A stretch of 62,616 nt of DNA, the filler included, from Basidiobolus ranarum (taxonomy: Eukaryota): assembly GCA_040143965.1 (NCBI GenBank). It is 15 parts of 15 records of this genome, joined end to end, with 100 filler letters (N's around TTAATTAATTAA, not from the genome) between each part and the next. Parts side by side here need not be neighbours in the genome. Positions count along the whole stretch, not along the records: positions 58,548 to 62,616 come from JASJQH010002133.1; 14 more parts are not named here. The stretch is one strand, 5' to 3'. Below, in pieces: positions 60,844 through 62,616 of the stretch. The position numbers and the translations under genes were made by a program. The first letter of the stretch is position 1. The number at the start of each line of letters is the position of its first letter. The notes beneath the pieces were generated by a model, which was not told the DNA's origin, did not search any database, and was given only the letters and a program-made list of their open reading frames with translations.

Positions 60844-62616
60844 TTCCTTATACTACGTATGAATAAATCCTTTTCGAACTGAAAATCGTATATATGCATA
60901 TATAAAACAGCCCAGAATAACTTTGTGCCCTTCACTAACCCACGATTGGCTAGTTTCTACAGAAGTCAATCGAGAAAAGAGAAGGACATTCGTGGTATGG
61001 ATATTGGAAAGAGAAGAGTCGGTAATTAATATCTGTAAGTTAGGATTGACCGAGTAATCTGGATTCAATAAGGTATGGTATAGGGCTTCTTTACTATCAT
61101 AGCTACGTATACTTCAGATAAAACATAGGAACGATATCCAGATAATAATATTAAAGCTCGGCTTTCATATGCACGAGAGCCTTACATGCACAAATTGATA
61201 TTCTAGCGTAGTTAGTATTATGCCTCATAAAACGAACCATATCACGTTGTCTAGACTGAAGAATATTTTACATATGATTTTCAAAGTATCGGATGCTGGC
61301 AATGTCTAGTCATACAATATAGTAATTATTTATGGCTTATCTTTTGAATTTTCGAATATCAATGATTTAGTAGGATTATGCAGTGTCATTTGATGTAGCA
61401 CCGAGTCTTGCATGTTTCAACAATCATTCAGTGGAGTTACATGGATTCTCTGAGTCATCTTGGAACCAGTTTCTGGCATATCTTCTCACTGAAGGGATCC
61501 CTGCAAATGGCCAAGATGCGCTGTTAATAGGAATGATTATACTCAAAATTGATGACCAGCATCTCTGGTCGCCCCACCGCAGGATTATCAACTCGTGCTT
61601 GAACCATACGAAGATAGTGACTGAGTATGCCTGGATATAAATAGATCACCATGGTGCTTCATGTGTTTCATGTGTTTCACATCACAGGCATGGAATGTAC
61701 GATTGCTCACAAAATCCCAGAAATCCCATCAACCGAACGGGACCACCAGCCATTTTTAGGAATAATTGTTACTCGGGTTTTATTTATGGAATGAACAGGT
61801 GAAGATGGTTTGATAGAAATGTAGGATAATGGTTTCAAGTGGATATCGCCGACTGCCCAATGAATAGCGCATGATGGCCTTGGAATAAGTCTTCTTGCAT
61901 CCCCATCTCAGATATAAATTCTCCATGGCGCTTCGTAGATTCCCTGGGTTTCCGGTGGGTTGCCGTCTCCCCCAAGACGAAGGATGTCTTGCTCCTTGGC
62001 AATGCTCAGACTAATTACGGAATTAGATCGACTGAAGCATGTTCTATACGATATGGTCTCGTATAGGTTTACCACCTACGTGGTTAATTGGTAATCCTCA
62101 CAATGGTTGTGAGCGATGATTTCCCTGAAGAAAGCCTGGTGATTATAGATCCTCCAGAAGTTTGAAGACTGTCCCAAGTGTGGGCATTTCAGAAAGATAA
62201 TCAAGATGAACCTACTGAGAGTAGTCGTTCATAGGAAGATTCTACAGAGTGTAGAATGGTGATTGATCAGGAACGTGATTCGATACGTTCAAAGGATAAT
62301 CAGAAAGGACCTACCTAACGTAGCGTTCGTGTAATGAAGAGAATCTAGTCGGTGTAGTCATTCCCGAAGATTTGGATCCACCTACCTAGCGAAGGTGAAG
62401 CTGTGTCGTCCAGACGGTGCGAACAGGAAGTGTATTGATGCCGCATATTGTCTCATGGGTAGTCAATTGCTATGTTTCTCGTTGAGATTCTTTAGCTAGA
62501 GCAGCGTTCCTCGATCCAGTAAAGGTTGTTGAACGTGTGCTAGGTAATAAGTTGTTTATCGCGTCACGTTATGCTTCTGTTGTGAGAAGCAATAATTCGC
62601 TGCTACCATAATAAAT

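Overview
AT-rich, intron-containing fungal genomic DNA. The short GT-AG introns, VTC, chitin deacetylase and Yck-type kinase suggest an early-diverging fungus; the taxon cannot be fixed from sequence alone. The window is not one locus: it is 15 unlinked contigs of about 4.07-4.09 kb, sorted by decreasing length and joined by 100-nt N/TTAATTAATTAA/N spacers, so gene neighbourhood is meaningful only within a contig. Conserved genes: RanBP9/10-like SPRY-LisH protein, FAP7/AK6, RPL31, VTC1-like, a secreted phosphoesterase, the 3' end of a GPI-anchored chitin deacetylase-like gene, a heme-thiolate peroxidase, casein kinase I and PPM1/LCMT1. Large parts of the window are decayed, CpG-depleted transposons: Copia with a half-tRNA(iMet) PBS, CACTA/EnSpm tnp2, Tc1, Gypsy gag, solo LTRs with TSDs and a 182-bp MITE. 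The standout is contig 2 (4195-8287). It holds two divergent secreted polyprotein genes built from 111-113-aa repeats. Each complete repeat carries exactly 23 uninterrupted Gly-X-Y (mostly GKD) triplets bounded by Kex2-type sites (LARR; xxAR), i.e. a KEX2-processed repeat protein predicted to release many ~93-aa mini-collagens. A small prepro-peptide gene with the same leader architecture lies between them. Also notable: an SDR pseudogene whose catalytic segment is replaced by TTAGGG repeats, and a tandem family of secreted Ser/Thr-rich proteins with a Trp-periodic tail.
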